Source: Eledone cirrhosa (Eukaryota). Taken from it: DNA of 64,000 nucleotides. Position 1 is the first letter of the stretch, and each line of letters starts with the position of its first letter. The stretch spans positions 322,648,001-322,712,000 of the forward strand of contig OZ024741.1 of the NCBI GenBank assembly GCA_964016885.1, given 5' to 3'. The notes under the pieces are model-generated. The model was not told the origin of the DNA. It saw only the letters and a program-made list of their open reading frames with translations, and did no database searches. The position numbers and the translations under genes were made by a program. Of the stretch, positions 21,001 to 33,000 are shown in pieces.

Positions 21001-24000
21001 AGTGTAGTAGTTGTTAGTGATGTAGTTGATAGTGGTGTAGTTGTTAGTGGTGTAGTTGTTAGTGGTGTAGTTGTTAGTGGTGTAGTTGTTAGTGGTGTAG
21101 TTGTTAGTGTAGTAGTTGTTAGTGATGTAGTTGATAGTGGTGTAGTTGTTAGTGGTGTAGTTGTTAGTGGTGTAGTTGTTAGTGGTGTAGTTGTTAGTGG
21201 TGTAGTTGTTAGTTGTGTAGTTGTTAGTGTTGTAGTTGTTAATGGTGTAGTTGTTAGTGGTGTAGTTGTTAGTGTTGTAGTTGTTAGTGGTGTAGTTGTT
21301 AGTGGTGGAGTTGTTAGTGGTGTAGTTGTTAGTGTTGTAGTTGTTAATGGTGTAGTTGTTAGTGGTGAAGTTGTTAGTGGTATAGTTGTTAGTGTTGTAG
21401 TTGTTAATGGCGTAGTTGTTAGTGGTGAAGTTGTTAGTTGTGTAGTTGTTAGTGTTGTAGTTGTTAATGGTGTAGTTGTTAGTGGTGTAGTTGTTAATGT
21501 TGTAGTTGTTAGTGGTGTAGTTGTTAGTGGTGTAGTTGTTAGTGTTGTAGTTGTTAGTGGTGTAGTTGTTAGTGTTGTAGTTGTTAATGGTGTAGTTGTT
21601 AGTGGTGAAGTTGTTAGTGGTGTAGTTGTTAGTGTTGTAGTTGTTAGTGGTGTAGTTGTTAGTGTTGTAGTTGTTAGTGGTGTAGTTGTTAGTGGTGTAG
21701 TTGTTAGTAGTGTAGTTATTAGTGTTGTAGTTGTTAGTGGTGTAGTTGTTGGTGTTGTAGTTGTTAGTGGTGTAGTTGTTAGTGGTGTATTTGTTAGTGT
21801 TGTAGTTGTTAGTGGTGTAGTTGTTAGTGTTGTAGTTGTTAATGGTGTAGTTGTTAGTGGTGTAGTTGTTAGTGGTGTAGATGTTAGTGGTGTAGTTGTT
21901 AGTGGTGTAGTTATTAGTGTTGTAGTTGTTAGTGGTGTAGTTGTTAGTGGTGTAGTTGTTAGTGTTGTAGTTGTTAGTGGTGTAGTTGTTAGTGTTGTAG
22001 TTGTTAATGGTGTAGTTGTTAGTGGTGTAGTTGTTGGTGTTGTAGTTGTTAGTGTTGTAGTTGTTAGTGGTGTAGTTGTTAGTAGTGTAGTTATTAGTGT
22101 TGTAGTTGTTAGTGGTGTATTTGTTGGTGTTGTAGTTGTTAGTGTTGTAGTTGTTAGTGGTGTAGTTGTTAGTAGTGTAGTTATTAGTGTTGTAGTTGTT
22201 AGTGGTGTAGTTGTTGGTGTTGTAGTTGTTAGTGGTGTAGTTGTTAGTGGTGTATTTGTTAGTGTTGTAGTTGTTAATGGTGTAGTTGTTAATGTTGTAG
22301 TTGTTAGTGGTGTAGTTGTTAGTGGTGTAGTTGTTAGTGTTGTAGTTGTTAATGGTGTAGTTGTCAGTGGTGTAGTTGTAGTGTTGTAGTTGTTAATGGT
22401 GTAGTTGTTAGTGGTGTAGTTGTTAGTGTTGTAGTTGTTAATGGTGTAGTTGATAGTGGTGTAGTTGTTAGTGTTGTAGTTATTAGTGTTGTAGTTGTTA
22501 GTGGTGTAGTTGTTAGAATTGTAGTTGTTAGTGGTGTAGTTGTTAGTGGTGTAGTTGTTAGTGTTGTAGTTGTTAATGGTGTAATTGTTAGTGGTGTAGT
22601 TGATAGTGCTGTAGTTGTTAGTGGTGTAGATGTTAGTGGTGTAGTTGTTAGTGGTGTAGTTGTTAGTGTAGTAGTTGTTAGTGATGTAGTTGATAGTGGT
22701 GTAGTTGTTAGTGGTGTAGTTGTTAGTGGTGTAGTTGTTAGTGGTGTAGTTGTTAGTGGTGTAGTTGTTAGTGTAGTAGTTGTTAGTGATGTAGTTGATA
22801 GTGGTGTAGTTGTTAGTGGTGTAGTTGTTAGTGGTGTAGTTGTTAGTGGTGTAGTTGTTAGTGGTGTAGTTGTTAGTTGTGTAGTTGTTAGTGTTGTAGT
22901 TGTTAATGGTGTAGTTGTTAGTGGTGTAGTTGTTAGTGTTGTAGTTGTTAGTGGTGTAGTTGTTAGTGGTGGAGTTGTTAGTGGTGTAGTTGTTAGTGTT
23001 GTAGTTGTTAATGGTGTAGTTGTTAGTGGTGAAGTTGTTAGTGGTATAGTTGTTAGTGTTGTAGTTGTTAATGGCGTAGTTGTTAGTGGTGAAGTTGTTA
23101 GTTGTGTAGTTGTTAGTGTTGTAGTTGTTAATGGTGTAGTTGTTAGTGGTGTAGTTGTTAGTGATGTAGTTGTTAGTGGTGTAGTTGTTAGTTGTGTAGT
23201 TGTTAGTGTTGTAGTTGTTAATGGTGTAGTTGTTAGTGGTGTAGTTGTTAGTGGTGTAGTTGTTAGTGGTGTAGTTGTTAATGTTGTAGTTGTTAGTGGT
23301 GTAGTTGTTAATGTTGTAGTTGTTAGTGGTGTAGTTGTTAGTGGTGTAGTTGTTAGTGTTGTAGTTGTTAGTGGTGTAGTTGTTAGTGTTGTAGTTGTTA
23401 ATGGTGTAGTTGTTAGTGGTGAAGTTGTTAGTGGTGTAGTTGTTAGTGTTGTAGTTGTTAGTGGTGTAGTTGTTAGTGTTGTAGTTGTTAGTGGTGTAGT
23501 TGTTAGTGGTGTAGTTGTTAGTAGTGTAGTTATTAGTATTGTAGTTGTTAGTGGTGTAGTTGTTGGTGTTGTAGTTGTTAGTGGTGTAGTTGTTAGTGGT
23601 GTATTTGTTAGTGTTGTAGTTGTTAGTGGTGTAGTTGTTAGTGTTGTAGTTGTTAATGGTGTAGTTGTTAGTGGTGTAGTTGTTAGTGGTGTAGATGTTA
23701 GTGGTGTAGTTGTTAGTGGTGTAGTTATTAGTGTTGTAGTTGTTAGTGGTGTAGTTGTTAGTGGTGTAGTTGTTAGTGTTGTAGTTGTTAGTGGTGTAGT
23801 TGTTAGTGTTGTAGTTGTTAATGGTGTAGTTGTTAGTGGTGTAGTTGTTGGTGTTGTAGTTGTTAGTGTTGTAGTTGTTAGTGGTGTAGTTGTTAGTAGT
23901 GTAGTTATTAGTGTTGTAGTTGTTAGTGGTGTATTTGTTGGTGTTGTAGTTGTTAGTGTTGTAGTTGTTAGTGGTGTAGTTGTTAGTAGTGTAGTTATTA

Positions 24001-27000
24001 GTGTTGTAGTTGTTAGTGGTGTAGTTGTTGGTGTTGTAGTTGTTAGTGGTGTAGTTGTTAGTGGTGTATTTGTTAGTGTTGTAGTTGTTAATGGTGTAGT
24101 TGTTAATGTTGTAGTTGTTAGTGGTGTAGTTGTTAGTGGTGTAGTTGTTAGTGTTGTAGTTGTTAATGGTGTAGTTGTTAGTGGTGTAGTTGTTAGTCGT
24201 GTAGTTGTTAGAATTGTAGTTGTTAGTGGTGTAGTTGTTAGTGTTGTAGTTGTTAGTGGTATAGATGTTACTGGTGTAGTTGTTAGTGTTGTTGTTGTTA
24301 GTGGTGTAGTTGTTAGTGGTGAAGTTGTTAGTGGTGTAGTTGTTAGCATTGTAGTTGTTAATGGTGTAGTTGTTAGTGGTGTAGTTGTTAGTGTTGTAGT
24401 TGTTAGTGGTGAAGTTGTTAGTGGTGTAGTTGTTAGTGTTGTAGTTGTTAATGGTGTAGTTGCTAGTGGTGTAGTTGTTAGTGTTGTAGTTGTTAGTGGT
24501 GTAGTTGTTAGTGGTGGAGTTGTTAGTGGTGTAGTTGTTAGTGTTGTAGTTGTTAATGGTGTAGTTGTTAGTGGTGTAGTTGTAAGTGTTGTAGTTGTTA
24601 GTGGTGTAGTTGTTAGTTGTGTAGTTGTTAGTGTTGTAGTTGTTAATGGTGTAGTTGTTAGTGGTGTAGTTGTTAATGTTGTAGTTGTTAGTGATGTAGT
24701 TGTTAGTGTTGTAGTTGTTAGTGGTGTAGTTGTTGGTGTTGTAGTTGTTAGTGGTGTAGTTGTTAGTGGTGTAGTTGTTAGTGTTGTAGTTGTTAATGGT
24801 GTAGTTGTTAGTGGTGAAGTTGTTAGTGGTGTAGTTGTTAGTGTTGTAGTTGTTAATGGTGTAGTTGTTAGTGGTGAAGTTGTTAGTGGTATAGTTGTTA
24901 GTGTTGTAGTTGTTAATGGCGTAGTTGTTAGTGGTGAAGTTGTTAGTTGTGTAGTTGTTAGTGTTGTAGTTGTTAATGGTGTAGTTGTTAGTGGTGTAGT
25001 TGTTAGTGATGTAGTTGTTAGTGGTGTAGTTGTTAGTTGTGTAGTTGTTAGTGTTGTAGTTGTTAATGGTGTAGTTGTTAGTGGTGTAGTTGTTAGTGGT
25101 GTAGTTGTTAGTGGTGTAGTTGTTAATGTTGTAGTTGTTAGTGGTGTAGTTGTTAATGTTGTAGTTGTTAGTGGTGTAGTTGTTAGTGGTGTAGTTGTTA
25201 GTGTTGTAGTTGTTAGTGGTCTAGTTGTTAGTGTTGTAGTTGTTAATGGTGTAGTTGTTAGTGGTGAAGTTGTTAGTGGTGTAGTTGTTAGTGTTGTAGT
25301 TGTTAGTGGTGTAGTTGTTAGTGTTGTAGTTGTTAGTGGTGTAGTTGTTAGTGGTGTAGTTGTTAGTAGTGTAGTTATTAGTGTTGTAGTTGTTAGTGGT
25401 GTAGTTGTTGGTGTTGTAGTTGTTAGTGGTGTAGTTGTTAGTGGTGTATTTGTTAGTGTTGTAGTTGTTAGTGGTGTAGTTGTTAGTGTTGTAGTTGTTA
25501 ATGGTGTAGTTGTTAGTGGTGTAGTTGTTAGTGGTGTAGATGTTAGTGGTGTAGTTGTTAGTGGTGTAGTTATTAGTGTTGTAGTTGTTAGTGGTGTAGT
25601 TGTTAGTGGTGTAGTTGTTAGTGTTGTAGTTGTTAGTGGTGTAGTTGTTAGTGTTGTAGTTGTTAATGGTGTAGTTGTTAGTGGTGTAGTTGTTGGTGTT
25701 GTAGTTGTTAGTGTTGTAGTTGTTAGTGGTGTAGTTGTTAGTAGTGTAGTTATTAGTGTTGTAGTTGTTAGTGGTGTATTTGTTGGTGTTGTAGTTGTTA
25801 GTGTTGTAGTTGTTAGTGGTGTAGTTGTTAGTAGTGTAGTTATTAGTGTTGTAGTTGTTAGTGGTGTAGTTGTTGGTGTTGTAGTTGTTAGTGGTGTAGT
25901 TGTTAGTGGTGTATTTGTTAGTGTTGTAGTTGTTAATGGTGTAGTTGTTAATGTTGTAGTTGTTAGTGGTGTAGTTGTTAGTGGTGTAGTTGTTAGTGTT
26001 GTAGTTGTTAATGGTGTAGTTGTTAGTGGTGTAGTTGTTAGTCGTGTAGTTGTTAGAATTGTAGTTGTTAGTGGTGTAGTTGTTAGTGTTGTAGTTGTTA
26101 GTGGTATAGATGTTACTGGTGTAGTTGTTAGTGTTGTTGTTGTTAGTGGTGTAGTTGTTAGTGGTGAAGTTGTTAGTGGTGTAGTTGTTAGCATTGTAGT
26201 TGTTAATGGTGTAGTTGTTAGTGGTGTAGTTGTTAGTGTTGTAGTTGTTAGTGGTGAAGTTGTTAGTGGTGTAGTTGTTAGTGTTGTAGTTGTTAATGGT
26301 GTAGTTGCTAGTGGTGTAGTTGTTAGTGTTGTAGTTGTTAGTGGTGTAGTTGTTAGTGGTGGAGTTGTTAGTGGTGTAGTTGTTAGTGTTGTAGTTGTTA
26401 ATGGTGTAGTTGTTAGTGGTGTAGTTGTAAGTGTTGTAGTTGTTAGTGGTGTAGTTGTTAGTTGTGTAGTTGTTAGTGTTGTAGTTGTTAATGGTGTAGT
26501 TGTTAGTGGTGTAGTTGTTAATGTTGTAGTTGTTAGTGATGTAGTTGTTAGTGTTGTAGTTGTTAGTGGTGTAGTTGTTGGTGTTGTAGTTGTTAGTGGT
26601 GTAGTTGTTAGTGGTGTAGTTGTTAGTGTTGTAGTTGTTAATGGTGTAGTTGTTAGTGGTGAAGTTGTTAGTGGTGTAGTTGTTAGTGTTGTAGTTGTTA
26701 GTGGTGTAGTTGATAGTGTTGTAGTTGTTAATGTTGTAGTTGTTAATGGTGTAGTTGTTAGTGTTGTAGTTGTTAGTGGTGTAGTTGATAGTGTTGTAGT
26801 TGTTAGTGTTGTAGTTGTTAATGGTGTAGTTGTTGGTGTTGTAGTTGTTAGTGGTGTAGTTGTTAGTGGTGTAGTTGTTAGTGGTGTAGTTGTTAGTGGT
26901 GTAGTTGTTAATGGAGTAGTTGTTAGTGTTGTAGTTGTTAATGGTGTAGTTGTTAGTGTTGTAGTTGTTAATGGTGTAGTTGTTGTTGTTGTAGTTGTTA

Positions 27001-30000
27001 GTGGTGTAGTTGTTAGTGGTGTAGTTGTTAGTGGTGTAGTTGTTAGTGTTGTAGTTGTTAATGGTGTAGTTGTTAGTGATGTAGTTGTTAGTGGTGTAGT
27101 TGATAATGTTGTAGTTGTCAGTGTTGTATTTGTTAATGGTGTAGTTGTTGTTGTTGTAGTTGTTAGTGGTGTAGTTGTTAGTGGTGTAGTTGTTAGTGGT
27201 GTAGTTGTTAGTGTTGTAGTTGTTAATGGTGTAGTTGTTAGTGTTGTAGTTGTTAATGGTGTAGTTGTTGTTGTTGTAGTTGTTGTTAGTGGTGTAGTTG
27301 TTAGTGGTGTAGTTGTTAGTGGTGTAGTTGTTAGTGTTGTAGTTGTTAATGGTGTAGTTGTTAGTGTTGTAGTTGTTAGTGGTGTAGTTGATAGTGTTGT
27401 ACTTGTTAGTGTTGTAGTTGTTAATGGTGTAGTTGTTTGTGTTGTAGTTGTTAGTGGTGTAGTTGATAGTGTTGTAGTTGTTAGTGTTGTAGTTGTTAAT
27501 GGTGTAGTTGTTGGTGTTGTAGTTGTTAGTGGTGTAGTTGTTAGTGGTGTAGTTGTTAGTGGTGTAGTTGTTAGTGGTGTAGTTGTTAATGGAGTAGTTG
27601 TTAGTGTTGTAGTTGTTAATGGTGTAGTTGTTAGTGTTATAGTTGTTAATGGTGTAGTTGTTGTTGTTGTAGTTGTTAGTGGTGTAGTTGTTAGTGGTGT
27701 AGTTGTTAGTGGTGTAGTTGTTACTGTTGTAGTTGTTAATGGTGTAGTTGTTAGTGGTGTAGTTGTTAGTGTTGTAGTTGTTAATGGTGTAGTTGTTAGT
27801 GGTGTAGTTGTTAGTGTTGTAGTTGTTAGTGGTGTAGTTGTTAGTATTGTAGTTGTTAATGGTGTAGTTGTTAGTGGTGTAGTTGTTAGTGGTGTAGTTG
27901 TAGTGTTGTAGTTGTTAATGGTGTAGTTGTTAGTGGTGTAGTTGTTAGTGGTGGAGTTGTTAGTGGTGTAGTTGTTAGTGTTGTAGTTGTTAATGGTGTA
28001 GTTGTTAGTGGTGAAGTTGTTAGTGGTGTAGTTGTTAGTGTTGTAATTGTTAATGGTGTAGTTGTTAGTGGTGAAGTTGTTAGTGGTGTAGTTGTTAGTG
28101 TTGTAGTTGTTAATGAGTAGTTGTTAGTGGTGTAGTTGTTAGTGTTGTAGTTGTTAGTGGTGAAGTTGTTAGTTGTGTAGTTGTTAGTGGTGTAGTTGTT
28201 AGTGATGTAGTTGTTAATGTTGTAGTTGTTAGTGGTGTAGTTGTTAATGTTGTAGTTGTTAATGGTGTAGTTGTTAATGTTGTAGTTGTTAGTGGTGTAG
28301 TTGTTAGTGGTGTAGTTGTTAGTGTTGTAGTTGTTAGTGGTGTAGTTGTTAGTGGTGGACTTGTTAGTGGTGTAGTTGTTAGTGTTGTAGTTGTTAATGG
28401 TGTAGTTGTTAGTGGTGAAGTTGTTAGTGGTGTAGTTGTTAGTGTTGTAGTTGTTAGTGGTGTAGTTGTTAGTGTTGTAGTTGTTAGTGGTGTACTTGTT
28501 AGTGTTGTAGTTGTTAATAGTGTAGTTGTTAGTGTTGTAGTTGTTAATGGTGTAGTTGTTAGTGGTCCAGTTGTTAGTGATGTAGTTGTTAGTGTTGTAG
28601 TTGTTAGTGGTGTAGTTGTTGGTGTTGTAGTTGTTAGTGGTGTAGTTGTAGTGTTGTAGTTGTTAGTGGTGTAGTTGTTAGTGGTGGAGTTGTTAGTGGT
28701 GTAGTTGTTAGTGTTGTAGTTGTTAATGGTGTAGTTGTTAGTGGTGATGTTGTTAGTGGTGTAGTTGTTAGTGTTGTAGTTGTTAATGGTGTAGTTGTTA
28801 GTGGTGAAGTTGTTAGTGGTGTAGTTGTTAGTGTTGTAGTTGTTAATGGTGTAGTTGTTAGTGGTGTAGTTGTTAGTGTTGTAGTTGTTAGTGGTGTAGT
28901 TGTTAGTTGTGTAGTTGTTAGTGTTGTAGTTGTTAATGGTGTAGTTGTTAATGGTGTAGTTGGTAGTGGTGTAGTTGTTAGTGGTGTAGTTGTTAATGTT
29001 GTAGTTGTTAGTGGTGTAGTTGTTAATGTTGTAGTTGTTAGTGTTGTAGTTGTTAATGGTGTAGTTGTTAGTGGTCAAGTTGTTAGTGATGTAGTTGTTA
29101 GTGTTGTAGTTGTTAGTGGTGTAGTTGTTGGTGTTGTAGTTGTTAGTGGTGTAGTTGTTAGTGGTGTAGTTGTAAGTGTTGTAGTTGTTAGTGGTGTAGT
29201 TGATAGTGTTGTAGTTGTTAGTGTTGTAGTTGTTAATGGTGTAGTTGTTGGTGTTGTAGTTGTTAGTGGTGTAGTTGTTAATGGTGTAGTTGTTAATGGA
29301 GTAGTTGTTAGTGTTGTAGTTGTTAATGGTGTAGTTGTTAGTGTTGTAGTTGTTAATGGTGTAGTTGTTGTTGTTGTAGTTGTTAGTGGTGTAGTTGTTA
29401 GTGGTGTAGTTGTTAGTGGTGTAGTCGTTAGTGGTGGAGTTGTTAGTGGTGTAGTTGTAGTGTTGTAGTTGTTAATGGTGTAGTTGTTAGTGGTGTAGTT
29501 GTTAGTGTTGTAGTTGTTAATGGTGTAGTTGTTAGTGTTGTAGTTGTTAGTGGTATAGTTCTTAGTGTTGTAGTTGTTAGTGGTGTAGTTGTAGTGTTGT
29601 AGTTGTTAATGGTGTAGTTGTTAGTGGTGTAGTTGTTAGTGGTGTGGTTGTTAGTGGTGTAGTTGTTAGTGGTGTAGTTGTTAGTGGTGTAGTTGTTAGT
29701 GTTGTAGTTGTTAGTGGTGTAGTTGATAGTGTTGTAGTTGTTAGTGTTGTAGTTGTTAATGGTGTAGTTGTTGGTGTTGTAGTTGTTAGTGGTGTAGTTG
29801 TTAGTGGTGTAGTTGTTAGTGGTGTAGTTGTTAGTGGTGTAGTTGTTAATGGAGTAGTTGTCAGTGTTGTAGTTGTAAATGGTGTAGTTGTTAGTGTTGT
29901 AGTTGTTAATGGTGTAGTTGTTGTTGTTGTAGTTGTTAGTGGTGTAGTTGTTAGTGGTGTAGTTGTTAGTGGTGTAGTCGTTAGTGGTGGAGTTGTTAGT

Positions 30001-33000
30001 GGTGTAGTTGTAGTGTTGTAGTTGTTAATGGTGTAGTTGTTAGTGGTGTAGTTGTTAGTGGTGTAGTTGTTAGTGGTGTAGTTGTTAGTGGTGTAGTTAT
30101 TAGTGGTGTAGTTGTTAGTGGTGTAGTTGTCAGTGGTGTAGTTCTAGTGTTGTAGTTGTTAATGGTGTAGTTGTTAGTGTTGTAGTTGTTAGTGGTATAG
30201 TTCTTAGTGTTGTAGTTTTTAGTGGTGTAGTTGTAGTGTTGTAGTTGTTAATGGTGTAGTTGTTAGTGGTGTAGTTGTTAGTGGTGTAGTTGTTAGTGGT
30301 GTAGTTGTTAGTGGTGTAGTTATTAGTGGTGTAGTTGTTAGTGGTGTAGTTGTCAGTGGTGTAGTTGTAGTGTTGTAGTTGTTAATGGTGTAGTTGTTAG
30401 TGGTGTAGTTGTTAGTGGTGTAGTTGTTAGTGGTGTAGTTGTTAGTGGTGTAGTTGATAGTGGTGTAGTTGTTAGTGGTGTAGTTGTTAGTGGTGTAGTT
30501 GTTAGTGGTGTAGTTGTTAGTGTAGTAGTTGTTAGTGATGTAGTTGATAGTGGTGTAGTTGTTAGTGGTGAAGTTGTTAGTGGTGTAGTTGTTAGTGGTG
30601 TAGTTGTTAGTGGTGTAGTTGTTAGTGGTGTATTTGTTAGTGTTGTAGTTGTTAATGGTGTAGTTGTTAGTGGAGTAGTTGTTAGTGTTGTAGTTGTTAG
30701 TGGTGTAGTTGTTAGTGGTGGAGTTGTTAGTGGTGTAGTTGTTAGTGTTGTAGTTGTTAATGGTGTAGTTGTTAGTGGTGAAGTTGTTAGTGGTGTAGTT
30801 GTTAGTGTTGTAGTTGTTAATGGTGTAGTTGTTAGTGGTGAAGTTGTTAGTGGTGTAGTTGTTAGTGTTGTATTTGTTAATGGTGTAGTTGTTAGTGGTG
30901 TAGTTGTTAGTGTTGTAGTTGTTAGTGGTGTAGTTGTTAGTTGTGTAGTTGTTAGTGTTGTAGTTGTTAATGGTGTAGTTGTTAGTGGTGTAGTTGTTAG
31001 TGGTGTAGTTGTTAGTGGTGTAGTTGTTAATGTTGTAGTTGTTAGTGGTGTAGTTGTTAACGTTGTAGTTGTTAGTGGTGTAGTTGTTAATGTTGTAGTT
31101 GTTAGTGGTGTAGTTGTTAGTGGTGTAGTTGTTAGTGTTGTAGTTGTTAGTGGTGTAGTTGTTAGTGGTGGACTTGTTAGTGGTGTAGTTGTTAGTGTTG
31201 TAGTTGTTAATGGTGTAGTTGTTAGTGGTGAAGTTGTTAGTGGTGTAGTTGTTAGTGTTGTAGTTGTTAGTGGTGTAGTTGTTAGTGTTGTAGTTATTAG
31301 TGGTGTAGTTGTTAGTGTTGTAGTTGTTAATAGTGTAGTTGTTAGTGTTGTAGTTGTTAATGTTGTAGTTGTTAGTGTTTTAGTTGTTAATGGTGTAGTT
31401 GTTAGTGGTCAAGTTGTTAGTGATGTAGTTGTTAGTGTTGTAGTTGTTAGTGGTGTAGTTGTTGGTGTTGTAGTTGTTAGTGGTGTAGTTGTTAGTGGTG
31501 TAGTTGTTAGTGTTGTAGTTGTTAATGGTGTAGTTGTTAGTGGTGAAGTTGTTAGTGGTGTAGTTGTTAGTGTTGTAGTTGTTAGTGGTGTAGTTGATAG
31601 TGTTGTAGTTGTTAGTGTTGTAGTTGTTAATGGTGTAGTTGTTGGTGTTGTAGTTGTTAGTGGTGTAGTTGTTAGTGGTGTAGTTGTTAGTGGTGTAGTT
31701 GTTAGTGGTGTAGTTGTTAATGGAGTAGTTGTTAGTGTTGTAGTTGTAAATGGTGTAGTTGTTAGTGTTGTAGTTGTTAATGGTGTAGTTGTTGTTGTTG
31801 TAGTTGTTAGTGGTGTAGTTGTTAGTGGTGTAGTTGTTAGTGTTGTAGTTGTTAGTGGTGTAGTTGTTAGTGTAGTAGTTGTTAGTGTTGTAATTGTTAG
31901 TGGTGTAGTTGTTAGTGGTGTAGTTGATAGTGCTGTAGTTGTTAGTGGTGTAGATGTTAGTGATGTAGTTGTTAGTGGTGTAGTTGTTAGTGTAGTAGTT
32001 GTTAGTGATGTAGTTGATAGTGGTGTAGTTGTTAGTGGTGTAGTTGTTAGTGGTGTAGTTGTTAGTGGTGTAGTTGTTAGTGGTGTAGTTGTTAGTGTAG
32101 TAGTTGTTAGTGATGTAGTTGATAGTGGTGTAGTTGTTAGTGGTGTAGTTGTTAGTGTTGTAGTTGTTAGTGGTGTAGTTGTTAGTGGTGTAGTTGATAG
32201 TGCTGTAGTTGTTAGTGGTGTAGATGTTAGTGATGTAGTTGATAGTGGTGTACTTGTTAGTGGTGTAGTTGTTAGTGTTGTAGTTGTTAGTGGTGTAGTT
32301 GTTAGTGTTGTAGTTGTTAGTGGTGTAGTTGTTAGTGGTGTACTTGATAGTGTTGTAGTTGTTAATGGTGTAATTGTTAGTGGTGTAGTTGTTAGTGGTG
32401 TAGTTGTTAGTGGTGTAGTTGTTAGAGTTGTAGTTGTTAATGGTGTAGTTGTTAGTGGTGTAGTTGTTAGTGTTGTAGTTGATAATGTAGTTGTTAGTGT
32501 TGTAGTTGTTAGTGGTGTAGTTGTTAGAATTGTAGTTGTTAGTGGTGTAGTTGTTAGTGGTGTAGTTGTTAGTGTTGTAGTTGCTAGTGGTGTAGTTGTT
32601 AGTGGTGTAGTTGTTAGTGCTGTAGTTGTTAGTGGTGTAGATGTTAGTGTAGTAGTTGTTAGTGATGTAGTTGATAGTGGTGTAGTTGTTAGTGGTGTAG
32701 TTGTTAGTGGTGTAGTTGTTAGTGGTGTAGTTGTTAGTGGTGTAGTTGTTAGTGTAGTAGTTGTTAGTGTTGTAGTTGTTAGTGGTGTAGTTGTTAGTGA
32801 TGTAGTTGATAGTGGTGTAGTTGTTAGTGGTGTAGTTGTTTGTGGTGTAGTTGATAGTGATGTAGTTGTTAGTGGTGTAGTTGTTAGTGGTGTAGTTGAT
32901 AGTGGTGTAGTTGTTAGTGGTGTAGTTGATAGTGGTGTAGTTGTTAGTGGTGTAGTTGTTAGTGGTGTAGTTGTTAGTGTAGTAGTTGTTAGTGTTGTAG